A DNA stretch of 60,870 bases, the filler included, from Globobulimina sp. (taxonomy: Eukaryota): the NCBI GenBank assembly GCA_003354225.1. It is 15 parts of 15 records of this genome, joined end to end, with 100 filler letters (N's around TTAATTAATTAA, not from the genome) between each part and the next. Parts side by side here need not be neighbours in the genome. Positions count along the whole stretch, not along the records: positions 20,339 to 24,304 come from PIVH01001817.1; positions 24,405 to 28,370 come from PIVH01001818.1; positions 28,471 to 32,435 come from PIVH01001819.1; positions 32,536 to 36,499 come from PIVH01001820.1; 11 more parts are not named here. One strand, given 5' to 3'. Both the position numbers and the translations under genes were made by a program. The notes below the pieces were generated by a model. It was not told the DNA's origin and did no database searches. It saw only the letters and a program-made list of their open reading frames with translations. Below are positions 23,615 through 34,741 of the stretch, in pieces; position 1 is the first letter of the stretch, and the number at the start of each line of letters is the position of its first letter.

Positions 23615-24289
23615 ATGACAAATATATGCGACATTGTACAACAAATCTTGGAGGAAAAAACTATGTATATTGCAAATTTAGAGTTTATATCAAATAGCAG
23701 AATACGAGTTATTATCAAAGAATTAGCATTACAACCAAAAGTAAATCCAGGAACAATGCATGGATTAAATTCAGCATTTACAATCGGTTCGATTCGAAAT
23801 GGTCAGGCAATTATACCAGGTTATTCTCCAATTAATCTTCATGGACATCTTTTGTCATTTGGTCCAGCTGGATGCGGTAAGACCACTCCTATGGATTTTC
23901 TTACATTTCCATACCAACAATCTCGTGGATTAACATTAAAATATGGTTTAATACATGGATGCATCACTGCTGATGATCATCGAGAATTAAGAAATGCATT
24001 GATTTACAAAGACAAAGAAAATCAGAAAGCAAAACCAAATTCAAGTCTTAATTCCAGCAATATGTCAATTCAATCTGAAGTTATTGCTATTGACATCTTA
24101 ATTGACGACGTAAATGATGCGGAAATAATTTTAGATTCAGAAAATGATGCAACATATATTACTGAGATCATAGGTGGAGTGGAAAGCGATTTCACAAGAA
24201 TTAAATCCGGGAAATTACAAATTGATCCAGCCACAGAAAAAATGTTATTATGCACATATAAACAAAGCACCTTTGTAAACGCAGTTTGA
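23615..24289 (+). CDS. P-loop NTPase, DUF3987/YfjI-like (probably continues past the contig end)
   Basis: Walker A in LLSFGPAGCGKTTPM, preceded by PINL and followed by FLTFP, which resembles the DUF3987 pattern 'PxNLy..lvg.sgsGKS.a....l.P'. Confidence 0.55.
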   Translation: MTNICDIVQQILEEKTMYIANLEFISNSRIRVIIKELALQPKVNPGTMHGLNSAFTIGSIRNGQAIIPGYSPINLHGHLLSFGPAGCGKTTPMDFLTFPYQQSRGLTLKYGLIHGCITADDHRELRNALIYKDKENQKAKPNSSLNSSNMSIQSEVIAIDILIDDVNDAEIILDSENDATYITEIIGGVESDFTRIKSGKLQIDPATEKMLLCTYKQSTFVNAV

Positions 24290-24937
24290 CCCCGTCGTTT
24301 ACAGNNNNNNNNNNNNNNNNNNNNNNNNNNNNNNNNNNNNNNNNNNNNTTAATTAATTAANNNNNNNNNNNNNNNNNNNNNNNNNNNNNNNNNNNNNNNN
24401 NNNNCAGATTATTCAAAATAAAAACATTGAAAGTCAAAATTGAATTCTTAAAGGTTGTGTTTCATCGGGAACCATTAACATTTTATTATTAACCTATTTT
24501 CCTTCCTTTTCATTATATATGTATTTATTTACTGCATCTGTTTTTAATTGTTTCATTGTCAGCTGGCGCAAAAATTAGTAGAATGAGTTCATAGGTTATA
24601 AGCGGACGGATTATAGCGTTGGTTTGAGATCTGTGTTCAGTTTGACATCTCAAAACAATTAAAAAAAAACGAAGTTCTGAACATTTCCAAAACTTCACAA
24701 GTGTGTGACATCAACGTATCATATAAATGCTTTTCACAGTGATTATAAGAATTCCTGTGATGACACTGAATATGAGGGACTGAATATGAGATCTAAATTT
24801 AATTACAGTTATTACACACAACGCAGAATTCACGTCACTAAGACTCACTACTTATCACACAAAATTATAGAAATATGAAGAAATAAAAAATATATTATGA
24901 AATAATTAGCAATAAATTAACGATTGTGAGTAAACAT

Positions 24938-26821
24938 TTAATTTACATTTTTCAACAGTTGAACTTCGAATTTTGTTAAGTCTGATATCAAACTAGTTTT
25001 TCTTTGCACCAATTCATTGAAGGTAACATCGATGGTTTGTTTGTGATCGGAAGCTGTTTGTTTCGCATTGCGTGTAATATTCAAAATAATATCTAAGAAT
25101 CTGTTCATTTCCAATTGTTTATTTTGAACAGAATCCAGAACTGCTTGTTCTTGCGGATGGAATGGTAAATTGGATGAAGTTGGTATTTTAAATAGCATTT
25201 CTTTTAATTTTGTGAGTTTAACACTTTGGTCACTTTCCCATTTTACCACAGTGGCCATAAACAATAATGTATCAAAAATGCTGCAATCCGCGATGCTATG
25301 CATATGATCAGTAATTAATTGCTGTATGGAATGATCAGAAAGAAAGAAATCATTCAAATATTGCCCACTGTCATCAAAAGTATCCACGAACATTTCTAAA
25401 TTATTACGCCGCAATAATCGCAACAAAACATCTCTGTCATTCGTCATCTGATCGGAGATGCTTGTTTTTATTGGCCATAACATTTCATATTCCACTCGGA
25501 ATGCATATGATTGATATGGGTTTTCAATCCATTGTTGTTGCTCCAACACAGGCAATATGTTGTTATTAATGCTGGCATTGCATATTGTCATCGATGTGTT
25601 TTGTGAAACAACGTGCCATAAATAGTCAGTTTGCACACCATCCACATATAAATTCACTCGATTACATATTGTGTCATTACCATATTGCTGAAGCTTATAG
25701 CTCCAAAGAATGGATGTACTCAAAGCATGTTGCGAGACATTCACCATTTTGATGCTTGCAATAATATTAACATCATTTCTTGTGATTTGCCCATAAGTTG
25801 CAATACTTCCATTCAATTTGTCTCCATTCAACGCATCGAATACGACGGAAGACGCAATTTGATTGACATAAACTGAAAATTGAGACAAATTCTGATATCG
25901 ATGGAATGTATTGTATAATGATACAGATTGTTGGGTTAACAGTTTTTGTCTTTCTCTATCCTCTAAATTGTTATCTTCGATGTGTTCGTACGATTTATTT
26001 AAAGCTTTTTGCAAATTATCAACATACGATTCAACACCAACGAGCACGTCCGAAATTTGCTCAATTTTATTATATTTCCATGTTTGTAACATTGCAATGA
26101 GCTCATTGTTTCTTGCAGCAACTTGAGAATTAATTTGTTGATTCAATTCATTTATGCCATGTGCTTGTTTATTATATGCATTTTTTGTTTCGTTTAAAAC
26201 ATTCAATATAACATCAACAAAATCCAACATTTTTAATTGTTCATTGGTGATTTGCTCCAAAATATCATTTTCTTCTTTAAAAAGATTTTTTTTCGACCTT
26301 TTTATTTCTAAATTTTTCTGATCTGTGAATTTTATATTCATGTCATTTTTTAATTTGATAATACTTGATTTTAATCTCAAACAATCGATGATTGCCGATT
26401 TATTATTATTTTTATTATGCAATAATTCTACAATTTGATTTGTATCAGAAAATTGTAAATGACTCATAAATATTTTTTCTTTTTTACAAACTTCATTAAA
26501 AATCAGCAAATTATTCTCTTCAAGAAACGAAAATAATTCCTCTTCTTTGACCTTTGTTTCTTTATTTAACTGATTGATGGCATCTAACTGTTCCTGCGTG
26601 GTTGTGCCGCGTCGTTTGGTCGATATGGTTTTGAGTGCTTGTGGCGGTTTTGACAGATTCTGAAGTCTTTGATGAATGTTATTAGCTGCAACATGCCATA
26701 TTGATTCGATTTCAGTTGTATTCAATGACTGGAATTGTTGCACAGTCGTCACATTATACGTTGTCAGCGAATCGACTATATCTATTTGATATAAATTGTT
26801 CTCTTCTAACCATAATCTCAA
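24938..26821 (-). CDS. Protein with repeated SAM-like and coiled-coil modules
   Basis: 627-codon ORF with three SAM-like starts (WLEENNL, FLEENNL, LLRRNNL) and a duplicated helix (QLKMLDFVDVILNV / QLEMNRFLDIILNI). True start probably lies in an upstream exon. Confidence 0.6.
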   Translation of the reverse strand: MRLWLEENNLYQIDIVDSLTTYNVTTVQQFQSLNTTEIESIWHVAANNIHQRLQNLSKPPQALKTISTKRRGTTTQEQLDAINQLNKETKVKEEELFSFLEENNLLIFNEVCKKEKIFMSHLQFSDTNQIVELLHNKNNNKSAIIDCLRLKSSIIKLKNDMNIKFTDQKNLEIKRSKKNLFKEENDILEQITNEQLKMLDFVDVILNVLNETKNAYNKQAHGINELNQQINSQVAARNNELIAMLQTWKYNKIEQISDVLVGVESYVDNLQKALNKSYEHIEDNNLEDRERQKLLTQQSVSLYNTFHRYQNLSQFSVYVNQIASSVVFDALNGDKLNGSIATYGQITRNDVNIIASIKMVNVSQHALSTSILWSYKLQQYGNDTICNRVNLYVDGVQTDYLWHVVSQNTSMTICNASINNNILPVLEQQQWIENPYQSYAFRVEYEMLWPIKTSISDQMTNDRDVLLRLLRRNNLEMFVDTFDDSGQYLNDFFLSDHSIQQLITDHMHSIADCSIFDTLLFMATVVKWESDQSVKLTKLKEMLFKIPTSSNLPFHPQEQAVLDSVQNKQLEMNRFLDIILNITRNAKQTASDHKQTIDVTFNELVQRKTSLISDLTKFEVQLLKNVN

Positions 26822-27025
26822 CGTTAACTCACTTGTGCAACTGCTTCTTTCTGTACTTACATTACATTACTTATGTGTCAAACAGTTATATTTTGTTGTA
26901 GCAAATTCAAATACCTTCACAAGTTTGGCACCAAACAGCTTGAAGAGAAACGACGGATAACAGAACCCATTGCATTTTGCTTTTCGATTACAAAACGTTT
27001 AATTTTTGCGACTTAAGTGATCTAA

Positions 27026-28370
27026 ATGGCAGCTTTCGAAGGTTGTGAGACAGAAAACACAGAAGAAGGTCAAACAAAAATAAATGAGGAAGGATTGGTT
27101 TACTATCTTAACGAGGCTCAGAAAGAAGATGATAATGATAACACACATAACTTAGATGAAATTAGCAATGTAGCAGATGGCAAAGAGGAGGAATCAGAAC
27201 CTGAAATGGTAAATGTATCAGATATTATTTCTACCCCAGCCACGCGTCAAAGGGATGATTTGAAGGTTAATGAACAGATTAAAACAGATACTACAAAGTC
27301 TCAACCATCCAAAACAGAGTCAAACATTTATTTATTTGGTGTTTTGGTTGTTTTTTTAGCCATTGGTATTGGTATATTTTTAATGTTTTCAGCAGGACAA
27401 AATATAACAGAACCTGATCCAATATTTATTTGTCCAAATAAGGGAATGGTAAAATATATTGATATCCAACAATTACATGCAACCATCACAGCAAACAATA
27501 CGAAGCAGCGTAGAAACACTACATTTTATTGGGATGTCACTCAAAATGAAACTGAATGTGATTCACTGCAAAGTTATGGCGAATTCGCGGATACATTGAA
27601 GTTAGCATGGGATTGGGATTGCAGTCCACATGACATGACAATAAAATTGTATATGGAGGCAGAGGCAAACAGTAATATTTATAACCAAACATGTAACATT
27701 AATGTCATCTTTTATGAGTCTCCAGTTTTTGGCATTGATTTGGGTACAACATATTCATGCATTGCGTTTCAAAAAAGTTCAAAAAATATTGACAATAGAA
27801 GACAGACAAAAATTGTGGTTGTGGATAAAATATTAAATAGATATTGTATTCCTTCCGCTGTTTATTTTGGCAGTAATAAAAAGATAGAATTTGGTGTTGA
27901 CGCTTTGGATAAGCTACAAAGTGATGGTTTAAATGTTGTGTATGATATTAAAAGAATTATTGGCAGAGATACGGATGATAAAGAAATTGAAGAATTTAAA
28001 AAACATCATTTATTTAAAATTGATGATGATCATAAAAGTGTTTTTCTTCCAAATACAAATGGAACCGTGTTATTTGAACAAATATTATCATTGATATTGG
28101 GATATTTGGTTGAAACAGCCAGTATGGAATGGTTTAGAAATGAAAATCGACTCTGGTATATTCGAGATGTGGTTGTTTCGGTCCCTGCCTTATTCCACAA
28201 TGGACAACGAAAAGGTATGTTGTATGTGAGTTTAAATGTGTGCTGCAATAACAAATACACATTTATATATACATTAGCAATACGAAGCAGCTGTCATTTG
28301 GCAGGATTAAATCCAATCAAGTTAGTCATTGAACCTTCCGCTGGATCGTTAGGTATGATACATATATATA
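27026..28370 (+). CDS. Atypical Hsp70-family protein with an acidic N-terminus and TM anchor, 3'-partial
   Basis: VFGIDLGTTYSCIA, IPSAVYF, DIKRIIGR, VVVSVPALF and AGLNPIKLVIEPSA. TM YLFGVLVVFLAIGIGIFLMF. Intron 28215-28277. Confidence 0.85.
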
Positions 28371-28470
28371 NNNNNNNNNNNNNNNNNNNNNNNNNNNNNN
28401 NNNNNNNNNNNNNNTTAATTAATTAANNNNNNNNNNNNNNNNNNNNNNNNNNNNNNNNNNNNNNNNNNNN

Positions 28471-31400
28471 TTGCATTCAATTAATGAGGATTTGACCATC
28501 TTTGGATATTTAAGAGTATTCAATGAATTACTCGTTTCAACCTCATATAAGATACATATCCACCGATTAAGATTAAATATGGCAATAAAACATAAAATAT
28601 CAAATGAACTCTGTCTGAAACCGAACACAATGAAATTTATGACTATTAATAAAAATAATTCTAAGACTATATCTTCATTGGTCATTGGTTATGGCAACGG
28701 AAGAATAGATATAATGGACATAAATTGCAATATCTTTTTTACACAAAATATATGTCACAGCCCAATCAAATCCATATCCATCCATTTGGAGAATTGCTTT
28801 TATTGCTATTACCCCGCATTGATAGTAAATTGTGCCTCTTTCCTGTTATTGATTGCAGCGGATGAAATATATAAAATATATAACACTCACAATGCATTAT
28901 TGCAGAGCAAGAAAATAATTCTAAGCGCCACTCCAAAAGACATAATGCATATTGTTTCCATCCCTCCCATTCATTTAATGCAACACGGCATAAAATTATC
29001 ATTATTACAGCCTGAGCCACCACTTAATTTATACAGTTCCACTCAATTATTTTTACTGATTATTGGCTCTTTGCCGTGTCTGAGCTACGTACAAATTGAT
29101 ATTATAAATCAGTCCAAAGGCTTTGGAGTCACTCAAATCAAACAAGGCGCAAATATTAATACATTGGTTAAATCTGCGTTGGATTCATTCACTATGTCTG
29201 TGTTGAATTCATTTTGGAGCACAAAGGACAATAATAATATTAATATCAATCAGGAATCGGACAGATATAAAATACAATGCATATTTGATGACGACAAGAG
29301 GAGAATGACTCATATCATACTATCGCCGTTGCGTCGGTATGCCGCCATCATTGATGGTTATGGCCGTATCTCTGTATTGGACTGCAAAACCTTTGCAATT
29401 ATAAGAATGTTTAAAGGCTGTCGCGGAGCGCAATGTGGTTGGATTCAATTGTCATTAAACCAGAATAAGTCACAAAAACAGCCGTGGAGCATACCCAACA
29501 TATTATTCTTAGTGATTTACATTGCGCCACGTGGCATTTTTGAAATATATCACTTAAATATCCAGCATAGGTTAGCCACATTGCCGTTTCATGCAAACGG
29601 TTTGTTATTATATTCCTTATCATCATACCCCTCACATTTACTGTTCTGTGATTACTCTGAACCTGGCCACCCTGTCATGTCTGAATTGAAAATGACTGTA
29701 AATCTGGAGCATAATATATGTGTGACACCAGTTGCATTGATTCATTTTATCCATCCGCAGGATCACATATTGACAGTGAGCCAGGAGATGGAAGGTCAGT
29801 CTTCCTGCGGTGATATGGAGAGTGATGCGGAAGATTTAGATACGGCACTGCCAAATGCCAACAGTTTGGATATAAATAATTTTGAGCAGACCTTTATGGA
29901 ATACATTGAAAATTGGAAATCGTATATGGCGGATATACCAAATGCATTGCTCGAATGTTTGCATATTTTCACGGGCAATGAATGTGCGTTTATGTTGAAT
30001 AAATATTGGAATTTGCTCATTTCAGTTCAATTAAAACATCATACGGAAATATGCACTTTCTGCGATTTTTTATCACATATAATCCATCAAATTATGGCCA
30101 AATATCCGGAAAATGATGGGACAGAATGGCTGTTTAGAGATGGTACTGTTACTTCGTACAAACTAATATGTAATGCATATTTAAGACATTTGCAGCCGGA
30201 TAAAGTGACGGTGACATTGTGCGAATGGTATGCGTTTTGGATGTCTCATTATAAGATTGAGAGGAATGATGATGGGGACAATGCACAAAAGTGCCAAATA
30301 TTCAGTACCTTTTTGTTTGGTGTTATTGTGTTAGAATGTGATGAAAAAGAAGAGAAACACACAAAAATAGATCCAGAGTATGGAGGACATGAGATTCCCC
30401 GCATAGTGATGACAAAAATGGCATTGCCACCAAATGTGTTATCTTTATATTTGGAATTGTTTTTATTTTGGTTTGTCACGCAACAGTCTCATAAATGGAG
30501 CAATAATGAATCCGGATATGACTGGAAATACTTATTTGATTATTCTTCCTTAGACATTTGGTTCAATGCTGGTCGGCTGTCGCGTTACGACGATATTAAT
30601 ATTGATTGGACCCACCAACGTTTTGATGAATTATTATGCAACGCATTGAATAGAAACGAAGAGCAGTATGCCTTTACACTGCGGTATTTTATGGAGTGTG
30701 GCGGACAATTTTTAGGTTTATTACGCGATTATATTCAAAATACAACACAATTAAGCCATGCTTTCCTAGTTTGCCGTGTGTGCGACGCCATAAATAAGCA
30801 AACTAACAATGAATGGCTGATTGCTTCGTCGCGTATCTTAAAAATGAAATTATTTTCCTATTTATTAGATTATAATCACCATTCTCTGCAATATATGGCT
30901 GGCGGTTTAAATATATCGCAGTCACATTATTTGCTCTCAATGGAACAGATCTTATCGCATTATTATCGCAGTGGGTATTCTTTGAACGACATTGAAAGAG
31001 ATTTGCCTATTTCGCGGTTATTAGCTAAGTACATATTGAATAAAGTTGATATAATCGGAGAGAAGAAAGAGAAAAACATCAAACAAGATGTCAAGAATGA
31101 TCATGAAATATTTATCGAGACACTGTTATTTGTGCTTGATATGATTGATTTTGTTGCAAAAAATAAAAATTATGAGTATGAGGGTGTGGTGCAACATATA
31201 TTATGCTCCGAGAAAGAGAAAGAAAAAACGAATGCGTTAGACATTGATGTTGATTTTATTGACGAGGTCATCAAAAATATCTATTATATGATTCGGATTC
31301 TGCCCAAACACATTAATATGGAATGGCTTTTGTTTTATTGCTTGTTTGATATTTATGAAAGCATTGTCAATGAAGAGCTTGTTCAACGACAATTAATTTT

Positions 31401-32343
31401 GTTGCATAAGTTTGAAATGTGTTGCTCGAAAATATTGCAATATTGTTGTGGTAGCATCAACATTCAATTACAAGTTGTAATATTAAATGGAAACTTGTGG
31501 TATTATGTATTGGCGTCGTTGTTGAACGAATTGCAGCACAATGCGTTGGATATTAATGTTGTAACCACTGCGGTGGAATGGATTAAGTTTGTGTTGGATA
31601 GGATTGATTGTCTAATTATTCTGCAACAAGAAAACAAGCACCATTTAATTGATCACGAATATAACAATGAAGAAAAGGATGAAAATAAGAATGAAAATAA
31701 GAATGAAACAAAAGAAATGGGTCAAGGCTATAAACGCGAAAAAGCATATTTATACGAAGATAAATCGGAGTTAGCATCATGGCCTCCGATATCAACGGCC
31801 ATTTCATTTATTTATAGTCAATATTTACAGCCAGCGACTTTATTATTTTTCACTTCGCCATCTGTGCAATACACGAATCATTTGAAAGCAATGTTGAATT
31901 TATATTTGCAAATATTGAGATTGTACTTTGTTGCAAACAGAGCAAAAATATCAGTGATACATTCTCATTCTCATTCTTCTGCCGATATCGATAATAAAAA
32001 TAATAATAATAATAAAAACATTTATGTATACGATATCTTTCCAGATTTTATTGAGTTTGATTGCCATTTATTTTCGTCAGAATCATTTGAATCGTACATA
32101 GATTCGACGAGAGGCCGAAGAGGAATCAATATGTGTTATGATGGCGTAAAAACAAAGCAGTTCGAGGCAATAATGGTTGTCGCAAAGAAATGGATTGCCG
32201 GGGCATTGGATTTAGCATTTTCGTGGAATTTGGATGTGCACAAAGTGCGGAGATGCATAATTGTCGAATTGTGTGATAATTATAAAGATAACATTGCTTT
32301 GCAACTAATTCAAATTCACAATGATCCAACCCCCATTCGCTGA
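28471..32343 (+). CDS. RAB3GAP2: Rab3 GTPase-activating protein non-catalytic subunit-like, 5'-partial
   Basis: DDKRRMTHIILSP..AAIIDGYGRISVLD..IIRMFKGCRGAQCGW..FLVIYIAPRGIFEIY matches the RAB3GAP2 N-terminal signature. Confidence 0.85.
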   Translation: MHSINEDLTIFGYLRVFNELLVSTSYKIHIHRLRLNMAIKHKISNELCLKPNTMKFMTINKNNSKTISSLVIGYGNGRIDIMDINCNIFFTQNICHSPIKSISIHLENCFYCYYPALIVNCASFLLLIAADEIYKIYNTHNALLQSKKIILSATPKDIMHIVSIPPIHLMQHGIKLSLLQPEPPLNLYSSTQLFLLIIGSLPCLSYVQIDIINQSKGFGVTQIKQGANINTLVKSALDSFTMSVLNSFWSTKDNNNININQESDRYKIQCIFDDDKRRMTHIILSPLRRYAAIIDGYGRISVLDCKTFAIIRMFKGCRGAQCGWIQLSLNQNKSQKQPWSIPNILFLVIYIAPRGIFEIYHLNIQHRLATLPFHANGLLLYSLSSYPSHLLFCDYSEPGHPVMSELKMTVNLEHNICVTPVALIHFIHPQDHILTVSQEMEGQSSCGDMESDAEDLDTALPNANSLDINNFEQTFMEYIENWKSYMADIPNALLECLHIFTGNECAFMLNKYWNLLISVQLKHHTEICTFCDFLSHIIHQIMAKYPENDGTEWLFRDGTVTSYKLICNAYLRHLQPDKVTVTLCEWYAFWMSHYKIERNDDGDNAQKCQIFSTFLFGVIVLECDEKEEKHTKIDPEYGGHEIPRIVMTKMALPPNVLSLYLELFLFWFVTQQSHKWSNNESGYDWKYLFDYSSLDIWFNAGRLSRYDDINIDWTHQRFDELLCNALNRNEEQYAFTLRYFMECGGQFLGLLRDYIQNTTQLSHAFLVCRVCDAINKQTNNEWLIASSRILKMKLFSYLLDYNHHSLQYMAGGLNISQSHYLLSMEQILSHYYRSGYSLNDIERDLPISRLLAKYILNKVDIIGEKKEKNIKQDVKNDHEIFIETLLFVLDMIDFVAKNKNYEYEGVVQHILCSEKEKEKTNALDIDVDFIDEVIKNIYYMIRILPKHINMEWLLFYCLFDIYESIVNEELVQRQLILLHKFEMCCSKILQYCCGSINIQLQVVILNGNLWYYVLASLLNELQHNALDINVVTTAVEWIKFVLDRIDCLIILQQENKHHLIDHEYNNEEKDENKNENKNETKEMGQGYKREKAYLYEDKSELASWPPISTAISFIYSQYLQPATLLFFTSPSVQYTNHLKAMLNLYLQILRLYFVANRAKISVIHSHSHSSADIDNKNNNNNKNIYVYDIFPDFIEFDCHLFSSESFESYIDSTRGRRGINMCYDGVKTKQFEAIMVVAKKWIAGALDLAFSWNLDVHKVRRCIIVELCDNYKDNIALQLIQIHNDPTPIR

Positions 32344-32535
32344 ACACCAAAACCGATCGCCAGCGATCGGTTTTTAAATTTTAAACAACTTTTGCAATAT
32401 TTGCTTGATTGTAATGATACTTTGCACACATTGACNNNNNNNNNNNNNNNNNNNNNNNNNNNNNNNNNNNNNNNNNNNNTTAATTAATTAANNNNNNNNN
32501 NNNNNNNNNNNNNNNNNNNNNNNNNNNNNNNNNNN

Positions 32536-34350
32536 GCTCCTGAGCCACCCATTGATTCCAGTTTTTTTTGCGCCTTTTTACTTCGTCGCCGATCACTTTC
32601 TCACAACCGGTTATGGCCTTTTTCACTTTGCTTCGAATTTTTTGAATCCGCGATTTTTTGCTTTCTAATCCCTCGATTTTCTGCTCAACGTCGTGTTGAT
32701 CCGCCTTTTTTGCCTCTAATTCTGCCTCAAGTTTAAGAATATCATCCCTTGCTTTGCCCAAATCATCTTTCATCGATTTCACTTTTGATTGCACACTTTT
32801 TATGGTAATATTATTGAGCAATGCTTCCAAATCAGCGAATGTTTTGAACGCCGATTGAGTTGTTTTCACCGCCATTTCCGCCACAAGCAACTGCTTCAAT
32901 TCATCGATATTTATATCTAAATTGTTGCAAATCTCTTGTAATTTATTATTGATTTCAATTAATTTAATTTTATTCGCTTCCTCTTTGATTTCTGTGTCTG
33001 TTTTCTCGTCGTTCTCGAATGGATTTTCTTTTTCAATTTCATTCCGAATTAATTCACAGAATTTTTCTTCAATGTCATATGCGTCATCGTTATATATATC
33101 AGTCTCTTCTTTCTTTTCGTCGACGTCTTCCTTATCTTGATCTTGATCATCCATATCAATTATGGGCGACACAGAATCGTCAGAAGAAGATGTTGCCAGC
33201 GGTTTGGGTGTGGAACTCGGAATTTTTTCATCGTCAACATTATCAGCAACGATGTCGTTGGCTACGGCAACCTGTTTCTGTTGCTGTTGCTGTTGCTGTT
33301 TCTGTTGCTGTTGCATTATCTTTGTAATCATTTCCAATTTGCCGCCTTCTGCAGAGACTCTATGATCTTTGCATTGCTTCTTTAACATTGCCATACTTAA
33401 TTTTAATAATTCAGACTCCAAAGGACCACTACTTTTACTTTCCAATTCATTATCAATTGACTTATGTTCATCCACTCCGCCATCGCCATCGTCATCGCCA
33501 TCAACAACATCAATATCAATATCATCAAAGAAATCGGCTGGTAATATATCCACCAAATCATTCTCTAATTCTTTCATATCATTTTCCATCAAATTCAACT
33601 CTTTTTCAACTTTTTCAGTAATGTCTACGGTTTCAGTAAGGCCAATTTCTTCTTTTTTTTCGTCTTTTTCATCTCCGGTTTCGTCGTTTTTACTGTATAT
33701 GTAGTTTTATGTGATTTGTAGTACTGTATATGTATCGGAAAACAATTGGAAAACCTGATTAAATTACGTTTAATATCTTCAATCTGTTGTTGACATTCCA
33801 TATAAACTGCTCGCGCATTGTTACATTCTTTGAGTCCTTGTTCAGTTTCTTTTAATTTTTTGTCCATTGTTGCCGTATCAAAAACATCTCCTCCGCCAAA
33901 CGCATCCTTTACTTTCAAAGATGTCTCGTTGTCGGTACCGCCCGATAACACAAAGACAGCGGACAAATCTAATTGGCCCTCAAATTGAGCATATTGTTGC
34001 TTACAGGCTGCAATATTTGCTTTTAATTTCGCGGTGTCCCTAATGCTATCTTCTGCATCTGTCAACAACACGAAATCTACCAAATTTCCTTTTTCTTTTG
34101 GTAAATGGACGGTAAACATTGCATTTACGGCTTGTTCAATCATTGTGCCGCCCCCAGCTGACATATGTTTAAATGATTCATAATTTCTCTCCACCGGATT
34201 GTCGCCATAGGTGTACACAATAAAGCGGGCCATTGCTGCATCGGATGTCATGCTGGCAATGAATTTTTTACAATTATTTAATCGATCTCCACTCATACTG
34301 CCACTTACATCAACTAAATAGATCCCGATTTGTTGTTTTCTTGAGGCCAT
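32536..34350 (-). CDS. VWA + SAP + coiled-coil protein, 3'-partial
   Basis: MIDAS motifs LVDVSGSMSG, GGGT and LLTDAED. Intron 33693-33754 joins the ORFs. SAP-like LLKLSMAMLKKQCKDHRVSAEGGKLEMITKI, poly-Q and coiled coil. Confidence 0.8.
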
Positions 34351-34525
34351 TTTGTTGGCTGCTGCGGTTTGGCTATGCTAGGAACGAAAGGATGTAAGGA
34401 AGGAAAGTTGAAGTTTTTACTTTTGATATGATCCCTTGACAGGTCCACCATTTATTAAATATATTATCCTAAGTCATATATGATTAGGATCATATGTGTA
34501 GTTCTTATCGGGAACATCACTGTAC

Positions 34526-34592
34526 TTAATTTCGCACTGTATTTCATTTCGCACTTGATATCGAATTGCGAAATTAAATACTGCGAAATTAA
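34526..34592. repeat. Imperfect palindrome built from ATTTCGCA/TGCGAAAT units
   Basis: TTAATTTCGCA..GTATTTCATTTCGCA, a central GATATC, then TGCGAAATTAAATAC TGCGAAATTAA. Confidence 0.75.
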
Positions 34593-34741
34593 ATCCATTT
34601 AGATGAAAGATTTCGCAAAAATCAGAATAAAAGGCATTAAAATTGTATGTGAAATGTACTAATTATATTTGCGAATATTATAATAATAATTTAATATTTA
34701 TATAAAAATATCACAGCTGTACATGTATTTTGAAGGCCACT

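Noticed and set aside
32349-32375. Hairpin AAAACCGATCGC-CA-GCGATCGGTTTT(T) just after the RAB3GAP2-like stop, resembling a rho-independent terminator
   Set aside because: The hairpin is real, but the gene is eukaryotic, there is a single instance, and no Helitron-type CTRR end follows it. No function can be supported.
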